A DNA stretch of 62,591 bases, counting the filler, from Nitrospinae bacterium RIFCSPLOWO2_12_FULL_45_22 (GTDB lineage Bacteria > 2-12-FULL-45-22): NCBI GenBank assembly GCA_001803565.1. It is 5 parts of 5 records of this genome, joined end to end, with 100 filler letters (N's around TTAATTAATTAA, not from the genome) between each part and the next. Parts side by side here need not be neighbours in the genome. Positions count along the whole stretch, not along the records: positions 9,510 to 18,900 come from MHDQ01000016.1; positions 19,001 to 40,795 come from MHDQ01000017.1; 3 more parts are not named here. One strand, 5' to 3'. How positions within the stretch are numbered: the stretch's first letter is position 1; each line of letters begins with the position of its first letter. Below are positions 9,652-19,667 of this stretch, piece by piece. The notes below the pieces were generated by a model. It was given only the letters and a program-made list of their open reading frames with translations, was not told where the DNA came from and ran no database searches. The translations under genes were made by a program, and so were the position numbers.

Positions 9652-10101
9652 GTGAATGTTGTGTTGTTTTATCTTTTAGCACTAATCCGGAATGGAAATT
9701 TTCATATTCAAGAACCAAAAGACTTTTTGTTTCGGTTTCAAGCCCGCCCAGAGGTTTACTTATATATTAACGGGGAGGGTAGGCATATACCCGATCCTCA
9801 TACTTTATTTCTTCTCGGTTGGTCTTTTAATGATGTAGTTATTTTAGATAAGAAAGAATTTAATGCATTTCAAATTGGAAGACCACTTGAGAGTGTTTTA
9901 AATGCACGCCTAGTTCGCCCTGATGATAGTGAGAACGAGGTCTGGATGATTTTAGAGGGTAGGAAAAGACGTATAGATCCCACGATAATTAATTCGATAA
10001 AAAACTTAAATCCTAAACGAATAATAGATGCTATTCCTCGATCACAAATTGCAGCATGGCAGGAAGACAAACCTTTGGCAGCTATTATCTTTCAGAATTA
10101 G
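9652..10101 (+). CDS. Hypothetical cassette-like gene, 5'-truncated and possibly disrupted
   Basis: Two internal repeats (VYLYINGEGRHIPDP and VWMILEGRKRRIDP). The upstream hydrophobic frame has an in-frame TGA at 9592. An attC-like site follows. Confidence 0.55.
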   Translation: MNVVLFYLLALIRNGNFHIQEPKDFLFRFQARPEVYLYINGEGRHIPDPHTLFLLGWSFNDVVILDKKEFNAFQIGRPLESVLNARLVRPDDSENEVWMILEGRKRRIDPTIINSIKNLNPKRIIDAIPRSQIAAWQEDKPLAAIIFQN

Positions 10102-10103
10102 CT

Positions 10104-10165
10104 GTTTAACAACGGCATAGAGTGCGACGGCAAAAAGCCGCCGCGCATCATGCCGAGCATTAGGC
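10104..10165 (+). mobile_element. Degenerate attC site
   Basis: GTTTAAC-AACGGCATAGAGTGCG...CGCGCATCATGCCGAGC-ATTAGGC. R' has G>A, and the site starts 3 nt after a stop codon. Confidence 0.65.
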
Positions 10166-10303
10166 ATCTGATTAGGCATAAAAACGAGATAATAAAAGGC
10201 AGTTGAGCATCATGCGCCGATAATGGTATGTTATAGCAACATGCCAAATAATAAGAGAAAAAACGGCAAAGCAATTCGATACATTGATTTATTCTGCGGC
10301 ATT

Positions 10304-10650
10304 GGCGGCCTCTTTTTCTTAAACTGAGCCTGCAACCCTATATCCGGCCGTAATAAGCTCTCGGCATCCTTGTGGTCATAAGACCTGGTATTGGCCTCTA
10401 TCCTTTTTTTCGTTAGTGCCATTATTTAACCTCTAGATTCGCTTTGCTCACTACAAGTTTTACCATCGGCTGATACCTATTCTACCCCAGACAATTGCAT
10501 ATTAACCCTTTCGTTTTCAAACCCACGGCCTTCCAGATCTGTGGATGTTCTTTACACAAGGCAATGTCAATATCATCTTTATGCCTTTTTATTGCTTCTA
10601 TGATGGTTCTAAATATCCTGATTCTAAGCTTCTCAGGATATCTCAGCTTT
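10304..10650 (-). pseudogene. Diverged relic copy of the radical SAM 3' end plus mod 5' end
   Basis: Encodes KLRYPEKLRIRIFRTIIEAIKRHKDD...CNCLG then MALTKKRIEANTRSYDHKDAESLLRPDIGLQAQFKKK, matching about 16520-16823. Confidence 0.9.
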
Positions 10651-10880
10651 TTTAATCGTTTAATCCCCAATAAGTTTGATTCTAGAATAGATTTTATGTT
10701 GGAAATCCTGAAGTATTTCTCTATGGGGATAGCAAAGCAGAAGAATAAGTCATTCAGTTATTTTCTTGAAAGACATATTTGTAAAGCCAGCAATTCTCGG
10801 TAAAAAATCTCTTTAAAGCCCTATCTGGCAGGGTTAGAAAACCCCGCTTATCGGTAGTAGGCTATCTTAGAGGAGAATAC

Positions 10881-13800
10881 TTATGTCTCGCATTTTACGG
10901 ATAAAGGAGACATGTGCGAAAGCCTCTCGGCTGATTTACGAACTGCCTCATTCAAATCCGTTGGGTGATAAATGATGGCATAATCCCAAAGCCCAAAACC
11001 ACCCTCATTATTTACTGCCCATACCCATCTTCGGGCAGCAGCTTCTTTTACCTCAGCCAGCGGATCATAACCTTTTACCTCTAAGATAAGGGTACCTACC
11101 TCTTTCCCATCCCACTTGAGGTTAATCAAAAAGTCCGGTATATAATCCCTCTTCTCACCATTATGGAAATAGGGTATAGCAAATCCTAGATTAAAATTAC
11201 GCGCAAAGGAAATCACATGATCATGCTTATCCAGATAGAATTTGGCTATCTGTTCCCATTTTTCCGTATCTGCGATAGCGTAGTTAAGATGACTCCTTTG
11301 GCACTCCACCACTTTTTTGCTAGTCCAGAAGTCTACATCCCCAGTTGAGCCCGGCCCGCGATTTATCTCATAACGGGGTAGTTCAGATGCATCACCTTCC
11401 TTTACATATGGAATTATAGCACCCATAATGGTTTCAACCGCCCAACCATAATAGGGATTGAGGAACAGGTCTCTTAAATCTGTCCCACCCATTGGTTGAA
11501 CCCGGGTTTTAATAAATTGCCTCACAATATTTAAGACCTGAGGAAAAAGCACATGGACAGGTATCTCACACCCGGAGCTACCGGACAATTTATCCGTTAA
11601 AGTGCGAGCCAGCTCAAACTCCAGTTCCTGCAACCTCTTGGTCTTTCTCCATTCTTCGAGGGAAATTTCATCAGTACGCCCAGGCCCAAAAAGGGAGAGC
11701 CGTCCAGTTTCTGTAGCGGATAACCCTTTTACCCTTACCTCGTCAGGTATATTTGCGGGGTCCAATAGCAGGGTCGGGACCCGCGACCAGTCCACCTGAA
11801 TACTGTTTCCTATCTTATAAACATACCCCTCTACCCGGGGGAAGCGGATCTCCAGATGGTCTTTCTCTGGAGAAAGGGCATGAACATGGTAGATTTTTGC
11901 TGGAGGCTGCTTATGTTCTTTAGGATTAGTTTTTAGAGGTATGAGCTCAAAAGGGACGCCATAGACCTTGGCTAATTCTTCAGCCTGAAGGTCATGGTAT
12001 TGGGAGCGTCGAAGGGCCCTTCCCACTACTTGCTCACAAAGAAGCTGTGATTGGAATGGCCGTAAGCCTACGATATGGGTCACAGTATGGGCATCCCACC
12101 CTTCAGCAAGCATGGCAACAGAAACAATGCACCGGACATCCCTGCCCGGGGGAATGGATGGGTCTATCACCCTTTCCCCCAATTCTATAACCTTTCGATT
12201 TACCTTCTCTATCAAGAGAGTATATTCCGGAGGAGGTTTTCCTCCGGGCCATACCGTTTTACCAATGGTATCTAGAATAAAACGCAGGCGGCGGTTCTCA
12301 TCGGTTTTGATGGCGCCGGTTTCCAACTCTTCAATTACTTTAGAATCAATCCTCACAGTATATTCCTGGCCATTTCTATTCAAGAATTCTTCAATAGGCG
12401 GGGCAGTTTCGCTCCCTCCTTCAGCCATCCACTCATAGATAACCCGGGCAAGTTTTGTGTCCCGGCAAACAATAACGAATACCGGCGGTACCGAGGGCCT
12501 TGAACCTTTCTCTGCCTCCTTTTGCCATTCCAGAAAGGTCTCTCGCCATAGCCCTGCCAATTGAGCAATGGGTGCCTGGGCCCATTTAAGCACTGCCTCA
12601 GGTTTTATTTGGCCCCGCCTGCCACCTTTTTCAGTCCTAGTGAGTTTTTCTTCTATAATCCATCTCCAGACATTAAAATAGGCAGGGATGGGTCTGCCGG
12701 TGGTATCTTCTATAGGCAATTGTGGGATCTTTACTAGACCGGATTCTATGGCATCAATCAATCCGAAGTCCGATACTACCCAGGGAAAAGGCCGCCCCGG
12801 TTCATTGCCGGTATTGTTCAGATAGAAAGGTGTTGCCGATAAATCAACGCAGAAGTTGATCCCCCTTATCCGGTTTATCTTGTCCAGTCCATCAATCCAG
12901 ACAGTGGCTTCTTTCCTTTCTACCTCGGAAAGCTCGTCCTCTTCTTCTATTTCGGGGGTATTGTCTAATTGCCTGATCCGGTAAGCATGATGTGCCTCAT
13001 CGTTAAAAACCAGGATGTTTCCTTTCCCTTTTACTGACCACAATACCTTTTCTACTAAGGCGGTATCTGACTCAAAGTATTTTGTCTCGATGGTCTCTAC
13101 CTTTTTCCCGTCTATATCTCGGGTAACCCGTACCTTTTTCTCTACACCCCGCTTTACTACCCGGGATGAATCCTTCCCAACGGTATTCATCTCCTGAGGT
13201 TCCAGAACATGCCAGTTGGTAATAATTACCTGACCTTTCCTTAAGTCGCTCATCAGGTGAGGAAGAACTAAATCAAAGGTTCGGTAAATACTGGTCTCAC
13301 CCTTATTGGGGTCGAGTTCCTGAAGTCTGTCCCGTATGGTTATGTTAGGGCATATAATCAGTACTGTATCAGAAAAGCGGGCATCAGAACGATTGGCTAC
13401 CTTGTTTAAGATACTCCAGGCTGCCAGCATCGCCATAACCGTAGTCTTTCCAGTCCCGGTAGCCATCTTGCAGGCATACCGCAGAAACCCAGAATACCCC
13501 TTCTCCCTGGCTTCCTTAGACGGTTCATCCCCCGGTATGGTGATCCCTTGCCGGTAATCGGCCCTAGCCTCGGTTAAAAAGATGATGGTCTCAACCGCTT
13601 CTCGCTGACAGAAAAAGAGCCGTCTTTCCCTCTCCTCTTGACCCCAGTATTTAAGTAATTCATCCGTAACCAAGGTTATCCCAGGGTATCCTGACTCTCT
13701 CCATTCTTTAAGACTTTTGCGGATTTCATTTGCCAGCTCTAAGGGGAATTTGGTCCCAATATCGTCTGCCTGGTCTTTGGTGGTCTGCCTTCCTGGAGGG

Positions 13801-13934
13801 CGGAAGTAATAAAAGGCCTCCCGCTGCCCTTCCATAAGTTTTGGTCGTTCACCCTTTTCTATAAGATAATAGTGACGAGGCTCCTCATAGGCATCATTGA
13901 TTATAGGTTTAATGACTTCATTAAACTGGCTCAT
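10881..13934 (-). CDS. res: Type III restriction enzyme Res subunit (SF2 helicase + PD-(D/E)XK nuclease)
   Basis: Motifs MATGTGKT, NDEAHH, SATP, EGWDA, EQVVGRALRR and C-terminal YIPDF...LEVKG. Confidence 0.9.
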   Translation of the reverse strand: MSQFNEVIKPIINDAYEEPRHYYLIEKGERPKLMEGQREAFYYFRPPGRQTTKDQADDIGTKFPLELANEIRKSLKEWRESGYPGITLVTDELLKYWGQEERERRLFFCQREAVETIIFLTEARADYRQGITIPGDEPSKEAREKGYSGFLRYACKMATGTGKTTVMAMLAAWSILNKVANRSDARFSDTVLIICPNITIRDRLQELDPNKGETSIYRTFDLVLPHLMSDLRKGQVIITNWHVLEPQEMNTVGKDSSRVVKRGVEKKVRVTRDIDGKKVETIETKYFESDTALVEKVLWSVKGKGNILVFNDEAHHAYRIRQLDNTPEIEEEDELSEVERKEATVWIDGLDKINRIRGINFCVDLSATPFYLNNTGNEPGRPFPWVVSDFGLIDAIESGLVKIPQLPIEDTTGRPIPAYFNVWRWIIEEKLTRTEKGGRRGQIKPEAVLKWAQAPIAQLAGLWRETFLEWQKEAEKGSRPSVPPVFVIVCRDTKLARVIYEWMAEGGSETAPPIEEFLNRNGQEYTVRIDSKVIEELETGAIKTDENRRLRFILDTIGKTVWPGGKPPPEYTLLIEKVNRKVIELGERVIDPSIPPGRDVRCIVSVAMLAEGWDAHTVTHIVGLRPFQSQLLCEQVVGRALRRSQYHDLQAEELAKVYGVPFELIPLKTNPKEHKQPPAKIYHVHALSPEKDHLEIRFPRVEGYVYKIGNSIQVDWSRVPTLLLDPANIPDEVRVKGLSATETGRLSLFGPGRTDEISLEEWRKTKRLQELEFELARTLTDKLSGSSGCEIPVHVLFPQVLNIVRQFIKTRVQPMGGTDLRDLFLNPYYGWAVETIMGAIIPYVKEGDASELPRYEINRGPGSTGDVDFWTSKKVVECQRSHLNYAIADTEKWEQIAKFYLDKHDHVISFARNFNLGFAIPYFHNGEKRDYIPDFLINLKWDGKEVGTLILEVKGYDPLAEVKEAAARRWVWAVNNEGGFGLWDYAIIYHPTDLNEAVRKSAERLSHMSPLSVKCET

Positions 13935-16642
13935 CGTTCTATCTCGGCCTCATCAAGGGACTTCACCACCATTAATTCGTTACCCCGGTCGTCAATGACC
14001 TTGACCGCTATCCGGCCATGTTCTCCAGCAACAAATGGCTCGCTTATAGTGCCCGATAAATGCTCCCAAACACTGTCTTCAAACGTACCTTTAAGGGCCT
14101 TTTGTAGACTGTCCCAGGCCCGGGTACGGGGAAAGAATGCCTGAGTTACACAAAAAGCTAGATTATTGTAGTCGCTGTCCAGGAACCAGGCCGGAACATC
14201 ATCTCCCCTGGAATGGTAAACCTCGCAAGTCACCGGATCGAAGACATCCAGGCCTAAAAGCTCCACCTGATATAACTCTGAGCCATCCTTTGCCTTTTTG
14301 TCTGTGCGTGTCAGACGGATCTCCGGGGCACCGGTGACACTGAAGACCTGACTGGAGCGGGTGGTCTTCAAGAGGTCACTCATCTGCAGGTCCATGGTAG
14401 CCTGCACATAGGTGGCCGGGATACCCACAACATCAAGGCAGGAATGAATAAACCTGGTAGCCTTATCCTGGATGGCAAAGCCGATAATATAGAGATGGGA
14501 AAAGCTCTTGGCGTAAGCCTCCCGGGCCGCGGCAAAGACCATCTGCTCCGTCACTGGTCCATGCTCCGGTCCAAAATAAAAGGCGACCGGTTTTTCTTTG
14601 TCATTGGCTACCACTGCCTCAGCATGAATATCCATAGCCCTGGCCGGACGGCGCACATTCTTGAATTCTACGGTCTGATTGCCCGGCAGTCTCAATAGCG
14701 GGGAGTGGCGGAGCACCTCTATCATCCGGTTGATATAATCACCGTATTCAGTCTCACCCTCTGCTACTTTGCCCGGTTCTTTTTCCTCTATCTGGATGGG
14801 TGTAGGTATGGTGGCTTCTACTACAAAGGGACCAGAGACCCTGGTAATGCTCGTAACCACTTCGGGCCGGTCCACCAGCACCTCCTCGTCAGGTGGTTGG
14901 TTCTGGGCGATGGATTTGAGGGTGATGTGGGGCACAATGCCGCCTACTTCCTCTCCCTTCTTATTCTGCTTGCGTTTATAGACAAAGCCACCGGAGGGCC
15001 CTTTAGCCGGGTCCCGCAGTTCATAATAAGCAAAGGTAGCGGTTAAAAGTCGCTGCCGGGCAAGGGCTAAGGGGACCCGGCTGGTATCAATCGTGATCCA
15101 GCGCCTGCCCCACTGCTCAGCCACATAAGCCGTGGTGCCTGAACCACAGGTAGGGTCAAGGATCAGGTCACCAGGGTCAGTAGTCATAAGAAGACAACGG
15201 GAGATTGGTAGCTCTGATGTCTGAACTACGTAATCCTTAATGATCTCCGGACCAGTATCATTCCAGGTAGAAGTTAATTCAACATACGGAAAATCATCAA
15301 AAAACGCTATTGACCGCAAAACGCTTTTACTTTCAGTAACTCGATTACTTTGCACTAATCTGGAAAACCCTTCATCAGAGTGCCGCCAGTGCATTCCCTC
15401 TGGAATAGACCACATTTTGTCGTTGAATTCTCTTTCTTTATTATTGCCAGTTCCTTTCGAATGCATTGGTAAAGTGGAAAAGAAGCGACTTCCCTTTTTC
15501 ACAAGTTCTGGATTTTGTTTCTCTTCATCTGTTAGTGGCCGGCGTGTTCCATTTTGATCTTCGATGTTAGAGAAGATAGATGTATCCAATTCTTGAGGAA
15601 GAAAGAGCCGCCGAAACTTTATCTTTTGCTTTTCTTTAGCATACCAGATGAGGAAATCTGTTGTTTGTGGAAGTCCGTGAGCCTTCTTGGTTCCGCCTGT
15701 AACCTTGAAAGATACCATCCCGCAGAAATTCTCTGCCCCAAATACCTCATCCAACAATTCTCTGACATGATGGACATTTTCATCGCCGATCTGGACAAAG
15801 ATTGAGCCTGAAGGATGAAGCAGTTCTCTGGCAAGCAAAAACCGGTCTCGCAGATAGGTAAGGTAGGAATGGAGTCCCAGCTCCCAGGTATCGCGATAGG
15901 CCTGTACCATCTCTGGCTCCCTGGTCATATGCTCATCATCACCATGCTTCACATCCCGCTTGCGTATGAAGGGCTGGAAATTGGAGCCAAACTTGACCCC
16001 ATAAGGCGGGTCCATATAAATCATCTGCACCTGCCCGCCCAATCCTTCATACTCTAAGAGTGAGTTCATCGCTACCAGAGAGTCACCAAGGATCATCCGA
16101 TTTACCCAGGGGATCTTGTGGACATAGGCCTTTAGGATACGGTCAGTGATGGAGAGATCATGATCAGCAAAAAGTTCCATCTGTCTAGCCTTATCTTTTT
16201 TACGATGCTTCAGGGTCTCAAGAATGGCCTGGGTGGAGAGCCGTTCATGGATAAAAAGTGGCAGGGTGGGCACGTTAAACTCCGTCCGCTCAGCCTTACC
16301 GGCCCAGTTAAGGAAATGGCGGGACATACGTTTCAGGGCATCGGCAGCAGTTTTGATTTGCAACAAAAGTCCTTCCAGTTTTGCAGGGTCATCCTTATGC
16401 CCTGCTAACTTTTCCGTTAGCTCCTCTATCTCCGCAATCAGCGCCTCTACCCTTTCCCGGTCAGCATTTATATCCCAGGAAAGTGATGGATCAATACTGG
16501 AATCATAGCGATAGGTCTTTGGCAATCTCTTTCTCTTAAACTGCGCCTGTAACCCTACATCCGGCCGTAATAAGCTCTCGGCCTCCTTGTGGTCATAAGG
16601 CCTGGTATTGGGTCCTATACTTTTTTTCTTACCCGCTGCCAT
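13931..16642 (-). CDS. mod: Type III Mod subunit, beta-class amino DNA methyltransferase
   Basis: YMDPPY (motif IV) precedes DPTCGSGTT (motif I). ATGA overlap with res. Confidence 0.92.
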   Translation of the reverse strand: MAAGKKKSIGPNTRPYDHKEAESLLRPDVGLQAQFKRKRLPKTYRYDSSIDPSLSWDINADRERVEALIAEIEELTEKLAGHKDDPAKLEGLLLQIKTAADALKRMSRHFLNWAGKAERTEFNVPTLPLFIHERLSTQAILETLKHRKKDKARQMELFADHDLSITDRILKAYVHKIPWVNRMILGDSLVAMNSLLEYEGLGGQVQMIYMDPPYGVKFGSNFQPFIRKRDVKHGDDEHMTREPEMVQAYRDTWELGLHSYLTYLRDRFLLARELLHPSGSIFVQIGDENVHHVRELLDEVFGAENFCGMVSFKVTGGTKKAHGLPQTTDFLIWYAKEKQKIKFRRLFLPQELDTSIFSNIEDQNGTRRPLTDEEKQNPELVKKGSRFFSTLPMHSKGTGNNKEREFNDKMWSIPEGMHWRHSDEGFSRLVQSNRVTESKSVLRSIAFFDDFPYVELTSTWNDTGPEIIKDYVVQTSELPISRCLLMTTDPGDLILDPTCGSGTTAYVAEQWGRRWITIDTSRVPLALARQRLLTATFAYYELRDPAKGPSGGFVYKRKQNKKGEEVGGIVPHITLKSIAQNQPPDEEVLVDRPEVVTSITRVSGPFVVEATIPTPIQIEEKEPGKVAEGETEYGDYINRMIEVLRHSPLLRLPGNQTVEFKNVRRPARAMDIHAEAVVANDKEKPVAFYFGPEHGPVTEQMVFAAAREAYAKSFSHLYIIGFAIQDKATRFIHSCLDVVGIPATYVQATMDLQMSDLLKTTRSSQVFSVTGAPEIRLTRTDKKAKDGSELYQVELLGLDVFDPVTCEVYHSRGDDVPAWFLDSDYNNLAFCVTQAFFPRTRAWDSLQKALKGTFEDSVWEHLSGTISEPFVAGEHGRIAVKVIDDRGNELMVVKSLDEAEIER

Positions 16643-16655
16643 TATTTAACCCTTT

Positions 16656-17834
16656 TTACCTCAGACAGTTACACCTTAGCCCCTTTACGTTCAAACCTAC
16701 GGCCTTCCAGATCGGTGGAGGTTCTTTACACAAGGCAATAGCAATATCATCTTTATGCCTCTTTATTGCTTCTATGATGGTTCTAAATATCTTGATCCTA
16801 AGCCTCTCAGGATATCTCAGCTTTCCTCCTTCCTTTACCAAGCTTCTGTTTATCTTCAATAGGTGAGATTTAGGAAATCGGGAATTGATATGGTTAGCAA
16901 GGCCATTGGAGGGGCGGTATTCACCTATGGTTATCCTTGTAGGCCGCACATACTCAAATATCTTATCCACCAATGTTATGTAGTCCGTTTCCCAGGTAGA
17001 ATAGAATATGACTGGGTCTATCCTGAGACGCACTTCATAACCTGCTTTCTGGGCTTTGGCCGCAGCCGCTAAGCGAGACTCAGGGGAGGGTGTCCTATGT
17101 TCTAGCTGATAAAAAACGGGATCAGTATTTATACTAAAAGAAATAATTGATAACCCTCCATGATCAAGAGAAAGGATATCATCCACGCAATCACTTTTTG
17201 TCAAAAATAACAAGCGGGTATTTGGGGCATATTTGGGCATGAAGGGGATAATCTTTTGGGCAAACCCAGTTATATAATCCACAGCTAGGGGATCACCAAG
17301 CTCACCAAGGTTTAGAACTCTAAGATATTCTGGTATATTGGATTGGTCAAATTTAATAATTTCATCAAACATCTTCTCATAGTTAACAAAATGGGTGGAA
17401 ACCGGCTGGGTTCGGAAGGTTAAATAGAGATAACAATACTCACACCAAAAATTGCAATTATTGTAGGCTGTTAGTTTATAAAATTTTGCGCACCGCCCGA
17501 TCGGGTGTTGAAACTGTTCAATAAAAGGACTCGTTCTATTACGTAATAAAATAATACTTCTCTCAACCAAAAGCTTTTCTATGCCCTGTTTCCCATTAAT
17601 TTCTGGTATTTTATCCAGCCAGATCAAAGGCAACCCAGCATGGTTGGCTATCTGGTTAGCCCTTATTTCATGAGTCATACCCCGGATCGCCCATAATTCC
17701 CTCACAAGTAGCTCTTGTAAATCATTTTGCGGGTATGCTGGGTTTTTTTTACAAATCCTTCGGCTATGCTCAGGACAGGCTTGTTTTATAATGTCTACCC
17801 CTTCTGTCCGACAACCCTTTGGAATTCCCATCAC
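16656..17834 (-). CDS. Spore photoproduct lyase-family radical SAM protein
   Basis: Motifs CNFWCEYCYL, GELGDPLA, FLTKS, SFSIN, EHRTPS..SRL.AA, RIDPVI and LCKE. Confidence 0.85.
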   Translation of the reverse strand: MMGIPKGCRTEGVDIIKQACPEHSRRICKKNPAYPQNDLQELLVRELWAIRGMTHEIRANQIANHAGLPLIWLDKIPEINGKQGIEKLLVERSIILLRNRTSPFIEQFQHPIGRCAKFYKLTAYNNCNFWCEYCYLYLTFRTQPVSTHFVNYEKMFDEIIKFDQSNIPEYLRVLNLGELGDPLAVDYITGFAQKIIPFMPKYAPNTRLLFLTKSDCVDDILSLDHGGLSIISFSINTDPVFYQLEHRTPSPESRLAAAAKAQKAGYEVRLRIDPVIFYSTWETDYITLVDKIFEYVRPTRITIGEYRPSNGLANHINSRFPKSHLLKINRSLVKEGGKLRYPERLRIKIFRTIIEAIKRHKDDIAIALCKEPPPIWKAVGLNVKGLRCNCLR

Positions 17835-18658
17835 AAATATTTCCTGTACTTATTAAAAATATCAGTGACAATCTTTTTGCCCGTTTCATTGTGGGAAGCA
17901 AAGAATAAAAAGTATAAAGGCCCCCCTTTACTATTTCTCATGAGTACTGGGTCGGAGACAAATTTAAATCCCGCAGCTCGTTCCAGCCTTTCTTCCTTGA
18001 ACCATTTTCCAAGTTTAACATTATCCCCTATCTTAATCTGGGAATCAACACCAAAGAGGCCCATTTGCCTCACATATAAAACTCTCTTCCATTCCTCAGT
18101 CCCACAAAATATGTTCATTCGTTCTATCTGATCCGGATCAGCAGAAAGGAGATCCTGATGTAATACATTGCGATTGATATCCATAAGCGGGAAGTTCAAA
18201 AAAATTTCAACCGTTTCTAGCCTGGTTGCGGAGAGGATCGTTTCCCAGTTGAGATGCAAACCGTAAGGATCTAAGATACATAAAGCCCTTTTTCTGCTTC
18301 TATATGCCAGAGATGGGAAGATATTTTTTATCAGAATTTCATTACAATCTCCTTCGTAAACTTGTATGTTGGGATGCCCACCGACTAAGGTTCTAAGAGC
18401 TTCAGTTTTTTCTCTATCAATATCAATGTAGTGATATTCCGTAAAGAGATTTTCAATCTCAAGCGCGTTCAAAGGAGAACCCGGAATAAATTCTCCTGTT
18501 TTTCGTGAAACGTTGATTCCAGCGCCAGCAAAGGCATCTATATATACATACCCTTTACACCACGCTTTCTTTTTCATTATCTTTGTATAGGCATTGGCAT
18601 ATTCCCTAATAATATCCAACTTAATTTCGGACCAAATGCCTACCTTATCCAGTTTCAT
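17831..18658 (-). CDS. tcmP: Three-Cys-motif partner protein (methyltransferase-like fold)
   Basis: Motifs WSEIKLDII..Y, YIDAFAGAG, GSPLNAL, GDCN, LDPYG, YFLFFAS and K....DIF. Confidence 0.85.
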   Translation of the reverse strand: MKLDKVGIWSEIKLDIIREYANAYTKIMKKKAWCKGYVYIDAFAGAGINVSRKTGEFIPGSPLNALEIENLFTEYHYIDIDREKTEALRTLVGGHPNIQVYEGDCNEILIKNIFPSLAYRSRKRALCILDPYGLHLNWETILSATRLETVEIFLNFPLMDINRNVLHQDLLSADPDQIERMNIFCGTEEWKRVLYVRQMGLFGVDSQIKIGDNVKLGKWFKEERLERAAGFKFVSDPVLMRNSKGGPLYFLFFASHNETGKKIVTDIFNKYRKYL

Positions 18659-18900
18659 TGTCTATTCTCTTCTGGCCAACCCGTTAAGGAATATAGGTCA
18701 CTAGACCCTGCATGGATGCAATTGATCTATATAAGGTTTATGACATTTCATCATCGCTTCTCCATGAATAGAATATACCAAAGCACGAGTAAAAATATAT
18801 TATACATTTACTCTGTCAACCTCAAAAGCAGCTTTATTTCATAACAATTCCGATGTCCACTTTCATTTGCCTAACATTTTTCCAATATAGCCTATTAGAG

Positions 18901-19000
18901 NNNNNNNNNNNNNNNNNNNNNNNNNNNNNNNNNNNNNNNNNNNNTTAATTAATTAANNNNNNNNNNNNNNNNNNNNNNNNNNNNNNNNNNNNNNNNNNNN
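18901..19000. other. Artificial contig linker
   Basis: N run with TTAATTAATTAA. Confidence 0.98.
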
Positions 19001-19654
19001 ATCCGCTAAGACTGCCAAATCCGCTAAGACTGCCAAATGTCCTTTTCGGGTTCGTTCGGTTCTCCCTATCCTCACCCGATACCCCGGATCGAGTCCGGGG
19101 CAGGCTCTTGCATCACTCTTCTTTCTTTGTGTCCCTTTCCCATGAAAGGCTTGCTTGAGAGGCTGGAGCTTCCTCTCAATGCCGGGAGTCTTTACCTCTA
19201 CGGTCGGCACTCCTAAAACCTTATACTACACAAGGAGACAGTTGGCTATCCCAAGTTCCCAGAGCCTGCCCCGGACTTGATCCGGGGTTACCCCCATGAA
19301 TACATGCCCTGATCTCAGACCCCGGTGGTGTCCTGTATACATCGCCATATCGCATCCAGAACTGCTGCCTTCCGCACCGCTGCACGGCGTCGGCTTTCAC
19401 TCTCTCCATACTCCGAGAGGCTATCCTAGTGACCACAACTATACATATTTCGGGGCTCAATACAGAGCCTGCACCCTTGATCCATCCGGCTTCGGACTCC
19501 CGTTACCGGGCTTACCCGCAGACTTCTCTACTGACCTGTTGGCTAGACTTTAGTCAGGTGGGACTTGGGCCGTACCGACCCTCACCCACTGGGTAACAAC
19601 ATCGAATTTCATGGGCTACCGCCCAATCCCTTCGACCTGGATTTAACTTGGCAC
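19001..19654 (-). mobile_element. Group II intron, 5' portion (domains I-III, IIB-like), truncated by contig end
   Basis: Begins GTGCCAAG. Contains typical motifs TTGAGCCCCGAAAT, GCCGACGCCGT..GCGGAAGGCAGCA, GGGAACTTGGGA and GGCAGTCTTAG. Inserted 12 nt after the R'' box of an attC. Confidence 0.8.
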
Positions 19655-19667
19655 GAGCAACGCCTTG

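Noticed and set aside
19001-19039. Tandem repeat of ATCCGCTAAGACTGCCAA
   Set aside because: It lies at a contig edge and is probably an assembly artefact.
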